Shown here in pieces: positions 49,901 through 62,519 of a stretch of DNA of 64,000 nt (positions within the stretch are counted from its first letter, which is position 1; every line of letters begins with the position of its first letter). The stretch comes from Balanoglossus misakiensis. Lineage: Eukaryota > Animalia > Hemichordata. The notes below the pieces were generated by a model. That model was not told the DNA's origin and did not search any database. It worked only from the letters and a program-made list of their open reading frames with translations. The position numbers were made by a program, and so were the translations under genes. Location: positions 11,235,398 through 11,299,397 of the forward strand of contig CM082588.2 of NCBI GenBank assembly GCA_040954595.2. Direction: 5' to 3'.

Positions 49901-50796
49901 CCTGCGGCGTCAGTTACATAGAAGAGGCATCTGATTTTCCTCTCTCTATGTTCACATGGAATGACGATGGTGCCAAGCTGTTTGATTTTGGAACCTCCAT
50001 ATGCGGTAAGGATTGTTTTATTTTCCTTCAAGTGCCCGCGTTTTGGATTTCCGTGTTTATCCAGTTTCTCTGGAAATATGATCTTGAAAAGGCAGAGGGG
50101 CAGTATATTGCCCTGTGCACCGGTATCAATCTTGCATCTCAGTGCTACTTTCCTTTTCTTTTCGCTCTGTGTGATTGTCAGTTTCGTGTATATTTCTTCT
50201 TGTCTGTTGATGTTGTCCAATGCATTTATTTCGATAGTTCCAACATCTAGGACTTCATCATCTATTTGATGCATGTTGCTGCTCGAGCGTGTCACATTAT
50301 GGATTGGTTTTCCACCTCGTCTCTGCTGTGACTTCGGTTCGCTTGAGCTGGTTTTGGAACGGCATACCGCCTGCCAGTGATTAGGTTTCCCACAATTTCG
50401 GCATTTCGAGCCATATGCTGGGCAGTTACTTTTCACTGAGGTGTCATGCTTTTTTCCGAAATGCTTACATTGTTTGGGGTGTGTCTTGTTGGGCTGCCTT
50501 TTTACTGCGTTGACAGCCTTGCTATCCACAGGATTAGCAATATGGCAATTTGTGAGCGTTTTCATGTGTTTTGTTGTGGCTTCGTGACCTCTAGCTATAT
50601 CGAGCGCCTCCTTCAAGGTCAGTTTCTCATCACGCCCAATAAGTTTCTTCTGTATTTCTTGGTGACAGATCCCCCATATCAACTGATCTACGAGTCTTGC
50701 TTCCTGTTCTTTTGTATCCCCAAATTTGCATTTGGCGGCTTCATTTTTCAATTTCGAAAAGAAATCATCAACTGGTTCTCCAGGGTCTTGTCTCAT
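46957..50796 (-). CDS. Gag-Pol polyprotein, main part (gag C-terminus, Zn knuckles, aspartic protease, RT, RNase H, integrase)
   Basis: 1279-aa ORF: CRNCGKPNHWQAVC knuckle; KIDTGAQ protease; RICLDP, KLDARNGYW, RMPFGL and IADD in RT; VDAS, ERELLAV and SDH in RNase H; H-H-C-C and D-D-E integrase. Frame stays open upstream to ~50950. Confidence 0.95.
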   Translation of the reverse strand: MRQDPGEPVDDFFSKLKNEAAKCKFGDTKEQEARLVDQLIWGICHQEIQKKLIGRDEKLTLKEALDIARGHEATTKHMKTLTNCHIANPVDSKAVNAVKRQPNKTHPKQCKHFGKKHDTSVKSNCPAYGSKCRNCGKPNHWQAVCRSKTSSSEPKSQQRRGGKPIHNVTRSSSNMHQIDDEVLDVGTIEINALDNINRQEEIYTKLTITQSEKKRKVALRCKIDTGAQGNILPLCLFKIIFPEKLDKHGNPKRGHLKENKTILTAYGGSKIKQLGTIVIPCEHRERKIRCLFYVTDAAGPAILGLKASRALNLIQINCSVEAIQVQASPECKTAQPGRNVEVEKRKMNEQKPAGKNRNPADDYIDSNTPIGDRPPIKNKEQLLRMYPDCFDDVVGCFENYTYHITLDPEVQPVVHPARRVPLELMDRLKTELQEMEDKQIIAKVNQPTNWVNSLVVREKDNGRLRICLDPKDLNKAIKRDHYPTPTLEEITPKLAGATLFSKLDARNGYWNVNIDEESSFLTTFNTPYGRYRFLRMPFGLRMSQDVFQFKIDETYRECEGAVGIADDIQVLGSGERHHDLHLHEAMERTRKAGIKLNKEKCYIKTKECSFFGMLYTEDGVKPNPEKVKAIEMMHPPRDKTELRTFLGMVNYMGSFIPRLAEHTAPLRELIRDDTEFEWSTTHTKSFNMIKDLISTKTTLAYYDRKKPVTLQVDASGKGIGAVLIQEQRPIAFASKALTPAETRYANIERELLAVVYGCEKFRTYLYGRSFIVESDHRPLEQIQRKNLTKAPPRLQRMLLRIQPYDFTIHYKPGKQMILADALSRLSPQDQNEISDIKVQIHHLVKITPMRQMEIKEETTKDEILQLLIQQVLKGWPDSIKDIHADIRPYWSIRDDIAIEDGIILIGSRLLIPAVMRDEMLQRIHSSHLGIEKCKLRARSSVYWPGICKDIERLVTGCNACQKFQNSQQKEPMIPMEIPPRLWHTIGADLFYVNQTWYMIVADYYSKFPFIRKLEDLRASTIMRALRILFAEQGIPEKLVCDNGSQFTARDFHSLTEKYGFAIVTSSPYYPKGHGFIERHVQTVKNILMKCKESGDDPNLALLALRATPLKSNIPSPAELLNSRAYKTTLPAKIHPARNGEEVRQYLTSQQQAQTSSHDQHSRQLPELLTGQQVHVQNPISKTWSPARVVAPANTPRSYTVKLDNGKQMRRNRIHLKPVSAELKPAQTGMDQHNIAPAVTEGTPPQQPATPASPAQESLRSTRTRTNIQKPSRYKDYVTD

Positions 50797-50949
50797 ATCT
50801 TGGAATTGGTATCTATGTATGCGATGATTCGACTTCGGCTCTAAGTGTTCGGAAAATTTGTCGAATAGTACTGTGGGGACTTTCCGCTGGTCTTCATTTT
50901 CAAACGACCAACTGTTGTATTTGTCAAGACCTGGTTCACCGGACCATAG

Positions 50950-51107
50950 AATATGTAGCTAGCTTTCTCTTCATCGTTAGCATCTTTAAGTGCTGTCTTA
51001 AATGTTAACTCACATTTTTGACGAAAACGACTGAAGGCTAGTGCTAGATCTGGCGCGTCCCATTCCATCTTTGGGGCTGTGAAGGGCGTTTGTAGTGCGG
51101 CCGCCAT
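50950..51107 (-). CDS. Gag N-terminus, separated from the main ORF by a 1-nt frameshift
   Basis: MAAALQTPFTAPKMEWDAPDL...EEKASYI continues in another frame as LWSGEPGLDKYNSWSF...HRYQFQDMRQ, which is in frame with the main ORF. Confidence 0.85.
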
Positions 51108-51203
51108 CTTGTCAGGTCAGTTCGATGGTCTTTTCTTCTGTAGTTTTGGTGTCTTGTGTAGTCGATACTGTGTAAAGTCTGCTTACATCTGATCACTCAC
51201 GTT

Positions 51204-51217
51204 CACCGCTGCCACCA
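51204..51217 (-). promoter_or_regulatory. Primer-binding site, tRNA-Leu type
   Basis: TGGTGGCAGCGGTG directly after the 5' LTR, complementary to the ...CACCGCTGCCA-CCA 3' end of metazoan tRNA-Leu(AAG). Confidence 0.8.
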
Positions 51218-51421
51218 TGTTATGTTTCCATCAACATGGGAATAATAATGCGATCATAAGGTATAACAACAACCTATTTATTGATCGGCTGAAAAGACTC
51301 AACAATGTGCTTCGCCTTATCTGGGCGGAAGTGACGTCGTACAGCAATTCATAAACCAGTGGAACACCAACAATGCAACACTAGAGGGCGCTATATTGAT
51401 CGTAGCTGTCAGAATACTACA
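51218..51421 (-). repeat. 5' LTR
   Basis: 204 bp; 202 of 204 positions identical to 46534-46737. Confidence 0.97.
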
Positions 51422-53468
51422 CCCCCCCCCCCCCCGCATGTTTAAAGGTTTCTATAGAAAAGCATTGTTAAGGTTCACAAAACTTTGAAGAAGCTTTGCA
51501 ACACTAACTTTGGCCAAAGATTTGAATGTTAAGGTTTCACAAACGTAGTTACAGCTGAGGTTCAACTAAGACTAGTATAAGAGGCTTCAGCACGCCAAGT
51601 CTTGTAGCAAGCTTCAACACAAAGCTTTTTGCAACATTGTTCAAAGCGTTGTCAAAGGTACTGCACAACCCTGGTGAAGTAGTGCTATATTTTCAATTAA
51701 ATGGCTTAAGCCATTTGTCTCTCCAACCAGAATTGCACCAGAGTTAAATACACACAGCTTGAAATTGTAAAATGTTGCAAAATCAAACGATCACATCCTT
51801 ACACCTATTATTAGAACCAGAAGTTGAGTCAAAATTTTCCTACCTAGAAATTTTCTTTCCTATGAAGTTTTTTGCTTATTGGCATTCATATGGGAGCCTA
51901 GACCTATTCCAGCTGAGTTGCCAAAATGGCAATGTTGGACAATTCTTCTAATATGCATGATCAAAAATGGCCGCCAAATACCTTCTCTAAAATAAAACTT
52001 GGCCCTTTTTTCTCAAAATTATGTGTAATATCTAAAATTTCAGGATTTGCATCCATATTGGTTATGTATTGCAAATATGGCAGTGTTTGGCAACTTTTCT
52101 ATTTTGCATAATCAAAAATGGCCGCCAATCACCACTAAAAGTGAAATTTTGCCATGTTTCCCAAAATGATGCGCAATATCGTATTTTCAGGATTAGCACA
52201 TTCATATGGGTACCTTAAACAATACAACTGTGTTGCAAATTTGGCAGTGTTACCGTACTAATCATGAAGCAAGGAAGTGCAACCTCTGTATCCCAAATAT
52301 ATGTCTATCCCCACTGATAGGAGTCACAAAGAGCCAGCCCCTGTGCATCATCCTGTTCCTCAATCTCACGATGGGAATCCTTTTCAGAATTCCGACCTCA
52401 AAACATCCAGGGATTCACCATCATTCACCACACCCTCGTCAGTATCCACCATGTTTAGATCCAATGCCTGAACATGTTGTCTCTTTATCTATGGATTGCG
52501 TTAAAGGCCAGTGGGAGTTTCATCTCCTTTTTTTGCAATTTTGACCATTTTTATCTGGTGCATAATGCTAGAGTACATATCATCCATACAGGATGATGCA
52601 TGTACAGTGATGGGAAATGTATCAATCCACTCCTGCACTAGATTTGCATACAGTGCCATACCTTTTAGGGCTATTTTCTTGACCCTTTTGATAGTCTGCT
52701 GGCCAAAAGTGGCTGGCCAAAGTGGCCAGCAGAGACATTCTTCCAATACCCTTCATAGTGCCAACAGACAAGGCTTGGATATACAACCTGTGTTGCTTGT
52801 AAGGCACACATCTCCAATTGGTACATTGGGCCAATTATACTGTACATGTACAGCTAGGAAAAAAATATACTTCATCATAGTTTCCATGGTCAGCAGCTTC
52901 AATAACTTGTTGCCTTGTCTTACTGAACATTTAGACTTATAAAGAAGTATAACAAGAATAAAGTTGTCCAAATAGTGTTGGCAGGGGGGTGGGGGATGTG
53001 TTCTCCCATACAAAGGTGTATAGGTATGTAGTCTTTAAGAAAAACTTGGGGTAAATGACCAGAAAATTTGACTTATAATACAAATAGGTCGGGTTTTGGG
53101 CATTTACACGTGTTGATGTTATCGACTGGGGCGACAGACTACCATCCGAAAAAATTTCAAGTACCCCCCCCCCCTCGGGTGCCGGCCAGTGGGATGGAGG
53201 TGATAGAAACTGTTGCAGATACAATAGAGGCCTACAACCTGAAAACCTTCTGGCTTTAACCGAGGACTTGCCATTAAAGATACCTGTAGGCCCCTATATG
53301 CTGCTCCCACATACACTCCCAGTCCTAAACCTTGCATCTGATTTGTGGTGCAGATGAAGAATTAAGATTGGCTTGACAATTAGCACACTTAATTGCCTGT
53401 TATGAGATATAATACATACAATCATGGGACAAGAATGGCAAAAGTTAAATTATCCAGCAGGTGTTTGA

Positions 53469-53696
53469 ATTATGCAAATTAGAGCAGTTGTCTAATATTG
53501 CCATGTCAACCATGTTGAAATTGTTTTAGGTACCCATATTAATGGAAACCCTGCAAATTCGATATTACACACCATTTAAAACAAATATGGGAAATTAACA
53601 TGTTAGAGAAATTTGGCGGCCATTTTGGATTATGCAAATTAGAACAGTTGTCTAATATTGCCATGTCAACCATGTTGAAATTGTTTTAGGTACCCA
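53469..53696. repeat. Direct repeat of ~68 bp, 160-bp period
   Basis: ATTATGCAAATTAGA(G/A)CAGTTGTCTAATATTGCCATGTCAACCATGTTGAAATTGTTTTAGGTACCCA occurs twice. Confidence 0.85.
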
Positions 53697-54019
53697 GGAG
53701 AGTTGAATGAAAATGCCATTTGCAATGCAGTTGTCTTGTATTGGGTGCCCATATTAAGGCATTCTTGAAAACGAAACATTATTCATCATTTTGACGCAAA
53801 CAGAAAATGTGTTCAAATGCAAATTAGAAGAGTTGCCCAACCCTGCCATATTTGCAATACAGTTGTAGTGACTGTCAACTCGACTACAGACAGTCTCGAT
53901 GAACACAAGACATGATCCCAATTTGCAAGCTGAGTTGAAACTGACTGCTGCAGTAACTTAGCTGTGGGAATGTCTTGTGTGATTTAAAACAATGATGACC
54001 AAATTTAACACAGTTTCTC

Positions 54020-55340
54020 TGAGGTAACCATTTAGCTTTCGTGACTAAGTTTGTTTAAGAATCCTTTATTCTACCCAAGGAACAAATTTCCTTAGAATTT
54101 CACAACTGAGACACAGTTTACAGATATACAAAAAGTGCGTACTACAAACATAAGAAATTGTTTGCATTTTTTTTTTCTGATGGCAATGCATTTGACTGTA
54201 AACAGACATTGACGTCCTTTAGTAAGGGACTGTTCAGTTTTGGTGGAGGGGGGGGGGCAAAAGTTTGTGTCATTGGTTTTCAAAATCAGGCCGACACCCC
54301 CTTCAACCAGGACCAAAAAAATGATGACCCCCCCCCCTTTGACAGGACCAAAATATGATGACCCTCCTCCCACCCCGAAAACATTTGCCATCCTTATCTT
54401 ATGTACACTGACTGTATGCAATAAAGGTAAAGGGTCTCCTCACACCTCAATTCTAAATTTCTTAAAGAAATTTATAATTTGAAGTGTATAATAGTATAGC
54501 GTTGCAATAAAGAAGGTCTATGGATAAATTAAAAGGACACGTCAATACAATAGTTGGTAGAATTGGTAAAACAAGAAAAGTGGAAGGGGTGGGTGTACGT
54601 AGGACAATTTTGTAAAATACAATTAATGCATTTTAATGAACTCAAAGGCAAATTAACTTAATGTTGGGGAGGACATATTTGACTTTTGCCACTCAAAGTT
54701 AACATCAGTGGGGGTGGGATGCCAAGTATTCTGCCCTGGTACACTATATGTGGCGAAGAAATAAGGGGATGGGTGTGGGAGGGGATGTCCCCCTTCCACA
54801 TAAGAAAACTTTGTAAAATATGTAGCTCAAAGTTGCATTTTAATGAAGTCAAAAGCAAATTATCTCAATGTTTGAAAGGACCAATTTTACTGTTGCTACT
54901 CCACTCAAAGTTAGCATCGGTGGGTACATGTATATGACCTCCCCCCTAAACGTTTGAAAAAAAGATGACTCCCTCTTTTGGATTTCAAAATTTAAGTGAC
55001 CCCCTGGATTTTGCCAGCCTCCCCCCACCGTAAAAACTGAATGGTCCCTAAGCGCTATTTTGTCAGTGAAATGGCTCCAATGTTATCCCTCCAACTATAG
55101 TTGAAACGGAGTTAAATATGTACAGCTTGAAATCATAAAATGTTGCAAAATTGAACCAAGAGTTTGGTCAATGATCAAGTTCTTACAGCTATTACTAGAA
55201 CCATACAGTCTCAGCGAACAAGAGACATTGGTCCGATTTGCAAGCCGAGTTGGAACTGACTTTGCCTGCACACAGATGTGCCAATTTCAGCGAATCTTAT
55301 CGTATTTAAAAATGAATATGGAGAATTGTTATCTGTGTTC
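54020..55340 (+). repeat. Old interspersed repeat interrupted by a MITE; inverted relative at 62520-63020 and partial relative at ~51680-51830
   Basis: Shared blocks AGGTAACCATTTAG, TGACTAAGTTTGTTTAAGAAT, CTTAGAATTTCACAACTG and CAGCTTGAAATCATAAAATGT. Confidence 0.75.
54226..55048. mobile_element. PIF/Harbinger-like MITE with TAA TSD
   Basis: TAA|GGGACTGTTCAGTTTT...AAAACTGAATGGTCCC|TAA; the homologous site near 62805 is empty. Confidence 0.8.
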
Positions 55341-55789
55341 CTATTGCTAGCCTACATACATGTAGCTGTTGTCATTCTAGTGTTTTTTTCTGTATACCAA
55401 AATTGCCACACTGTTTGGGATACTTTTATCAAATGTTATGTGATACTATATCAGCCTGTTTTGGGGATCTTGACAATGACATATATTAGACTTTTCATAC
55501 ACAGCATGAGGTAGAATTTCAGAAACGATTAGGTAATAAGTCTGCATATCTCATAGGAAATAATCACTTTAGAAGTATTACGATAAAAAAAATCATTTCA
55601 CTCTTATTGGGAGCATACATTTGTAAAACATACATACAGACATGAATACAGACATAGAGAGATCAAGGTGTATACGATTTTCAGTGGGGGAGGGGGTCCT
55701 CCTTAATTGCAAACAACTATGTAATGGTAATTTCCCTTTTATAATAACAATTTTTGAGGTATAAGGAAAAAATATCAAACAAAATAAAC

Positions 55790-57370
55790 AAAAAAACTAA
55801 TTCAGCTATGATTTGATTCAATTATCATTCTAAAGAAGCACATATCATTAACTCACAACTAAACTTTTAAAGTGATCAACCATGCACTTTCTGAGAATTT
55901 TTTTTATGCCCCCAAAATACAATTTTTTCATTTTCAGAACATTTATGATATATCACAGTAAAAAAATCCCCTGGAAACTGCAAAACAAAAAATTGCAAAG
56001 CAATCAAACAAAAATGGCAAAAATTGTCCACAAAAACTATATTGACACTTCCATCATAGGATTTGTTAAAATGTCGTGATAACACACCTAGGAACCTGCA
56101 AACCAAATTTCAAAGAACTGTGAGTAGAGGTTTTTGAGTATTTGACCAAAATCACCCCAAAAATATACTTCAAACCAGATATTAACTGAATATGCTCACG
56201 TGCAGTACTGTGATTGGTTGACAGAATAACAAGATTAGAAAAACCAGTGTTAAACCAATTTGGTTTATAGTGTATATGGTGTAAGGGTTGTGTGTTGCAC
56301 CATTGTGAAATGTAAACATGTTTGTGGAATTGTTGCCTTGTCAATTTTTGTAAGGGGTTATGAGTCATGTACCCCATCCTGAACTGCATAAAAAGATAAG
56401 TCTATGGAATTCTAAAACTCGTTGATCAAAAATGGCAAGAAATATACCAAAAAGTATGAATATTTCACCAGATTTCAACAAATCTGATTTCTGTTCATGC
56501 CTAAGAACCTCTTTAACAAGTTTCAATAAGGAAGACATTTTGGCAAACAACAGGTCATTCAGACAAATCTGACTGATATCACATATATGAATTCCCATTC
56601 AAAGTTTCCAATCAATTGGACTTGTGGTTTTACTGAAGACTATTTGGCCAAACCCTGCAGAATTCCCAAAAAATACAATTATGCAAATTTCTTTACAATT
56701 TGATCATATCTGACTGAGATCACCCCTAGAAACCCAAATACAAAGTATCAAAACAATTGCACTTACAGTTTCACGGGATTTGATTTTTTGACAAAAACAG
56801 GAAATATTGCCCAAAAATGCATTTTTGCAAATTTCACCACCGTTTGCACAAATGTGATTCAGGTAAGCCCTATGAACCTCCATACCAAGTTTCCAATCAA
56901 TTGGACATGTAATTTCAGAGAAGAATTTTTTTTAACAAAACTGCAGAAAATTCCCCCAAAAATTCATAAAAAATAGCAAACGCCAGATACTGACTCCAAT
57001 TGAACAAAATCATACGAGGTCTTCCCATAGTTCTTGCACACCAATGCACGCCAATTTTAAACTGAATCTGATCCGCTGTTATTAAGTTTTTCAATTTTGA
57101 CTGTTTGAACATTTTTCCAGTTAATACCAGTATGCATTTTTTCGCAATAACAATTTCTATGTACACACTAAATATCAGTAGTTTCAAGTTTTTGATGTTG
57201 ATGGACATACACATACATACATCAATACATTTAGACGAAACTGATCCATTCGCAAAATACATAATTCTGTATGAGGCACACATACAGACATACATAGACG
57301 ACGGACACCAACTTATGCTATAAGCTGACATTGATATACATGTTAGCCAAAAACCAAAATCAACCTCAAA
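55790..57370 (+). repeat. Old AT-rich modular repeat with (CATA)n end, possibly Helentron/HINE-like; related sequence at 60940-62060
   Basis: Recurrent ACCAA(A/G)TTTC and TTTTTGACCAAAA modules, then (CATA)n and a weak terminal hairpin followed by AAAAA. Confidence 0.4.
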
Positions 57371-58289
57371 ATAGACATTAAAATATATTGCACCACCATG
57401 AGAAGACAAATTCATTTTTTGCCACATTTTCTGGGGCGTCATTGATATAGCATGGCATATTGTCAAAGTACGTAGTCTCTGTGATAAGATTCCATACACA
57501 CAAAATGGTAACCTTGGAAGTCCAGCTGACGTAGTTATGCAATGGCGCCAAAAAATCATCGTAAAATTGATAGTCGGGGTCACAATTCAAGACGACTTTC
57601 TCTAAATTCTTTATGAATGGATTAAATCGAAATCGAAATGTTGACGTATGACGTACGGAATGAGATCTGAACAGACATTCAATGTTATCATTCTCGCTCG
57701 ATCACATATTGGGTAAGCCATATAGCAATCGCTATATAGTATTGGCGATAACAGACTGTCTATAAACTCACAAAACGGATTTTACTGTTGAGTGTGATCA
57801 ACCGCCACGTTATTTTTCTCTGAACAATAGACAAATAGAAAGCCTGGTGACATTTTGAGATTGACTGCGTGAGGACCACAATATGCGTGAATCATTAACG
57901 GTTTGTCTTGATGAATGGGTCACGTCATAGTCATAACGCGGATTCGGCTGCACGCCAACTATCCGCCATATTGTCTCCACTAACTTACTCGTAAGTAGTT
58001 TCAAACTTCATTTGAAAAGAGTATTCGTCTGACGGTCCTGTAGATTAACAATTTACGCTCTATGAAGCAACTAAACAACGTTAGCTTCCTTGTGGATTCA
58101 CGTAGGGAAGTTATTCGTAACGACGGGTACAGCGTCTGAGCATGGACAGAACCACGGCAATATCGCCAGGAATGTCTCATTTCACAGCGCCCTCAAACAG
58201 TCGATCTCCTTAAACTATCGTTTCCACTGGTCATATATGCGGCATTAACGAAAGCTCACATAGACAACCATGTAATAGAAAAATTAAAA

Positions 58290-58510
58290 CTTAAATAACT
58301 TCATTAATATCAAAGCCACACGCACCAAAACCTTTCCAGTTCTTGCCATATGATATCTGAACCTGTGTACTAAATTTGGTTGAAATCGGTTCAGCGGTTC
58401 TTGAGATATCGGGTATACAGACAGACACACACACACATACATACATACACACACACACACACAGACATCGCTAAACCATAAGCTCACGTGATTTTCACGT
58501 GAGCTAAAAA
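58290..58510 (+). mobile_element. HINE/DINE-1-like (Helentron) terminal fragment
   Basis: (CA)n/(CATA)n microsatellite followed by perfect hairpin AGCTCACGTGA-TTT-TCACGTGAGCT and AAAAA. Confidence 0.55.
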
Positions 58511-59267
58511 TGAAAAAAATCCACGAGGTCTCAAAATGAATACACACCAATTTCTAAAGCAATTTGACCAGTTTCCACCAATTTCACATTGTTCCCAGTG
58601 GTAGATAGACATATACGAAATGGGAACCAAAGAATAAAACACATTTCAAAGATTTAACACATCTTTTTCCTCAAGAGTGTTTTTCAAATCTTCTCCACAT
58701 CCTTCAAAATCGCCACCATAAAGCCATATTACTTGAAGTGCTTATGTTTGTCATATCTAGGTGATGCATACCACTATAGATGTGTACCCTTTGTATAGAG
58801 GCAGATTAAACAGGTGTGGTACCTGTTAAATATCTGACTTCTTTAAATTACAGCCACAATCGTCAGTCAACAAGATGTTCATGTAGATGTATACCTAGCA
58901 GTAAGCTTATTTAGATTGACAAATCTTAGATGAAAATAATGAAAAAGTGGCACAACCCTTAGGGCTTTAACTAGCAGCTTTATGCCAGATGAGTTCGAGT
59001 CTAACGATGTAATGTTGACATTAAGGTTTCATTGAAATAACTTGAGAACCTCTCTACTATTTGAAGCACCAAAGCTGTGAAAAACTTCCTTCTTTCCCTG
59101 AGTTTTTTATGAATATGTTCTAATCTGGGACAACAATTTGTTGCCAAGTGTCTTGACCCCTTTACCAAATGTCAGGGACCGGATTTTTTTCAGCAAAATT
59201 TCAAATAACCTTGGCTGATTTTTTACCTACTTTCACATATTGGGTAGCATGAAACAAAGTATGGCTT

Positions 59268-60455
59268 CCAGAAGGGTTATAGATACAGTGTTTTGTAATA
59301 ACAAGAATTAACATGAAACTATAATTTCATGGTTAATTTAGGACCGCCTTAATCTATGGTAATGTCATTAAATATTTGCATATCTAATTGTAGGCTATCC
59401 AGTGGAGGGAGAAACCTAAACATGGACAACATTGGGGTCAAAATTGTTTGACAGAACTTTGGGTGACTTTGGGTAAACCTTGACCAACATTACTATATCT
59501 TGGCATCCAGAGCAGATGCAACCTTGACACTTGGAGTGATGGAAATGCATAATGGAGTATTATGTCTCAGCTAGTCACAGTGCTTTTGCTGTGTTTTATG
59601 TCTTTTATTCAGCCAAATTAGATGTTTTTTATTACACATTGGCTGTGTTTGCCAGTACTTTTTAGCTGGTCACACTGCCTTAAGACAATGTATTCTCAAA
59701 ATACCATGCAATCATTATGAAGCATATACAGCAGACAAAGTTATGGTATGACTGAACTTGCCCTTCTTTGTGACTAAAGCATGACCGGCCTGTCTTAGGT
59801 GGCCCCTACCTAGGGGCTTTACCCGTCATTGGCTCACAGTCTGAGAAATCAGCTCTGCAGGGAAGTTAACGATGTAACCCACCATTAAAGCTTGGATTTC
59901 CGCTTTTTGTATCTGATGCCTGGCTGAGGCCTTCTTAGGATCTACCCAACGCTGAGTAGGCTATCCCGTCATTGGCACACAGTCTCAGGGAGGGAGTCCA
60001 AAGTTCAGTATACCAGCAAAGCCTTTATATTGTCCATTCTTTTTAAGAGAAGGCTGGCTGCTGTAGAAAAATGTTGATCTCAAATGTATCATGTCCAAAA
60101 AAAGGCAGACTTCCAGCCCTATTGGTTAGGCTGGCATTAGGTATGTACATAATTAATGAGGCAAGACATAATATTCCATTACATAGTTCCATAACTCCAA
60201 GTGTCAAGGATGTATCTGTGCCGGATGCCAAGATATAGGAATGTAGGTCAAAGTTTACCCAAGATCACCCAAAAGTTTGTCAAAAGATTTTGACCCCAGA
60301 GTTGTCCATGTCCAGGTTACCACATCCACTAGAATAAGATATGCACATATTTAATGAGGTTACCATAGCTCAAGGGGGTCTTTAATTAACCATCAACATT
60401 TAGTTTCATATTAATGCATGTTAATATAATACACTGTATCTATAACCCTACTGGT
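59268..60455. repeat. Diverged inverted repeat, ~300-bp arms (59268-59570 and 60160-60455); probable long-TIR element
   Basis: AGGGTTATAGATACAGTGT / ACACTGTATCTATAACCCT; CCTTGACACTTGGAGT / ACTCCAAGTGTCAAGG; TATATCTTGGCATCC / GGATGCCAAGATATA. Confidence 0.8.
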
Positions 60456-62519
60456 AAGCCTAGAATTAGGTACATGCGAAAGTTTTTGACAAGATAGATA
60501 AGTTGTAAAATATGTACATGAACCTGACAATTGACTTAAAATAACATAAGGCAGACTTGATACTTATCGGAGATAGATACTAATAACAACAGTGATGTTA
60601 ATTACACCGGGAATGTTTGTCTTATTATAGCTACATGTAAAAGACTGCTTGAGGTAATGTAATTAAAGTGACCACTTGCGATTCACCTTCAAAGTGCTAT
60701 GCAAGTCTACGGTACATTGTTTTTCCAATGATTGGACAAAGGATATTCATAATGTGTAATTAAGGCTGGATAGCATTTTCAATGTAATAAGCCCTGCCTT
60801 CACTATAATCTTACGCCAAATCAACATTGTTCAATTTATATTAATAATTTCACTAAGGGATACTTGTTACATCAAATTTCCCAGCAAGGGGTGTCAGATT
60901 ATTGGGCAAGTGGCATGCATGACACTAGACGATACTTTTGGAAGCAAAGCGGACAGAACACGGCTGGATATAGACTAGGTAATTCTGAATGTGACCATGA
61001 ACTGTACCACAGACTCTGTATTGTATGTTTCTGAAGAATCCCATTTAACCCAGACATCAACATACTTCAACTTTGTAAGAAGTAGAACATACATGATTTA
61101 CTAGTAAATATTTGCTAGCTTATTACACACTTTGGATTACACAAAAATAGGTGTGTACACCGCTGTGACATTGCCAAGCAGATATGACCTACCAGGTAAC
61201 CTAATACAATTTCACAGGAATCGGAGTATTTTCAGTGAAAACAACATTTCTTCAACAATGACAAAAACTGCCTCAACCACAAAAATTCAGATATCAACAA
61301 ATCCAACAATATCTCACTTCAATCACCACAAGGAACATGCCTACCAAAATTGAAAGCAATTTGACATGCGGTTTCAAAGAATACAAATTGCAAAAATTGC
61401 CTCAAGACCACAAATATGCAAATTTCACCAAAATGATATACAACATTACTTGGGTTACCTCATGGAACAAGCAAACCAAAATTTAAATGCAACCTGACCT
61501 GACATGGAGTTTCAGAGAAAATGATTTTTGACCAAAAATGACAAAATTATATTTCCCAAAAATTACAAATTTTGCCACAATTTAAACAATACTAACAAAG
61601 ATTACCTATAGGAAATAGCATACTAAATTCTAGATACAATTCACGATATTAGCTGAAAGTATATCAGGCGTGACATAAGCTACATGCATACAAATGTTCA
61701 AAGCAATCTGACCAGTTGTTGAGTTTCTGAGTTTTGATCAATTTCACATTGCTCCAGGTAATTAGCATATTTCATTTGAACAGGCGTGCCTGCATCTAAA
61801 AACCCAATATCAAGACTTACCACACAGACTCTGTATTGTATGTTTCTGGAGTAATCAAATAAAACCAATCATGAAAATACTTCAACCTTCTTAATATGAA
61901 CAAAATCCTATTTACAGGCTGGCCTACATCTACACACCAAATATCAAGGGGATACGCGAAGGGGTTTTCAAGTTTTTGATGTGGACAGACATACATACAT
62001 CCATACATACTACATACACACATACAGAGGCAACTGACTGGTCAGAAGGCATGAGCAAAAATGCAGGAAATCAATGTTGTGACACTGGTAGTAGGCCTTA
62101 ATGTATACAATATCAAGACAGTTTATTTAACATGAAGTTTGATATGTTCATAATCATTCAGAGCTAAGCATATTTTGAAATTGTAAAATTAATATCAATC
62201 ACATGAAAACTGACAGCATGCTTTCATTTGGGAATTTAGGTATTGTAATTAACACTAACAGTCATGAAACTATTGAATCGTCAATAAAATCATACAGTAG
62301 AAATTAATGGGTTTTCTATTTATATGCGATGTGAAAATGCAACTTGTGGTCCTTCGGCCAGTAAGAGGCATCAGATAATATTGTAAGACCCAGTTGCCCA
62401 ATTGATTAGACCTACATGTATGCGCTGTGTGAAGCGCAAGTTATGGCAACTGAATTCACAGGACACTGAAGAAAGTGGAATCACTCAAGGTACATATGTA
62501 TACATGTAGGCTAACAATC

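Larger units (their letters stand above)
46534..51421 (-). mobile_element. Full-length Ty3/Gypsy LTR retrotransposon, Mag-like, 4888 bp
   Basis: Two 204-bp TG...CA LTRs, PBS, PPT and gag-pol in PR-RT-RH-IN order; poly-C on both flanks compatible with a CCCC(C) TSD. Confidence 0.97.

Noticed and set aside
50930-50970. Programmed ribosomal frameshift in the Gypsy element
   Set aside because: It lies early in gag rather than at the gag/pol boundary and has no slippery heptamer; a 1-nt deletion is simpler.
47262-51008. Plus-strand ORFs within the retrotransposon
   Set aside because: Antisense shadows of the gag-pol frame with no domain features.
56915-57583. 222-aa minus-strand ORF
   Set aside because: GTG start, crosses microsatellite-bearing repeat sequence, and has no recognisable motif.
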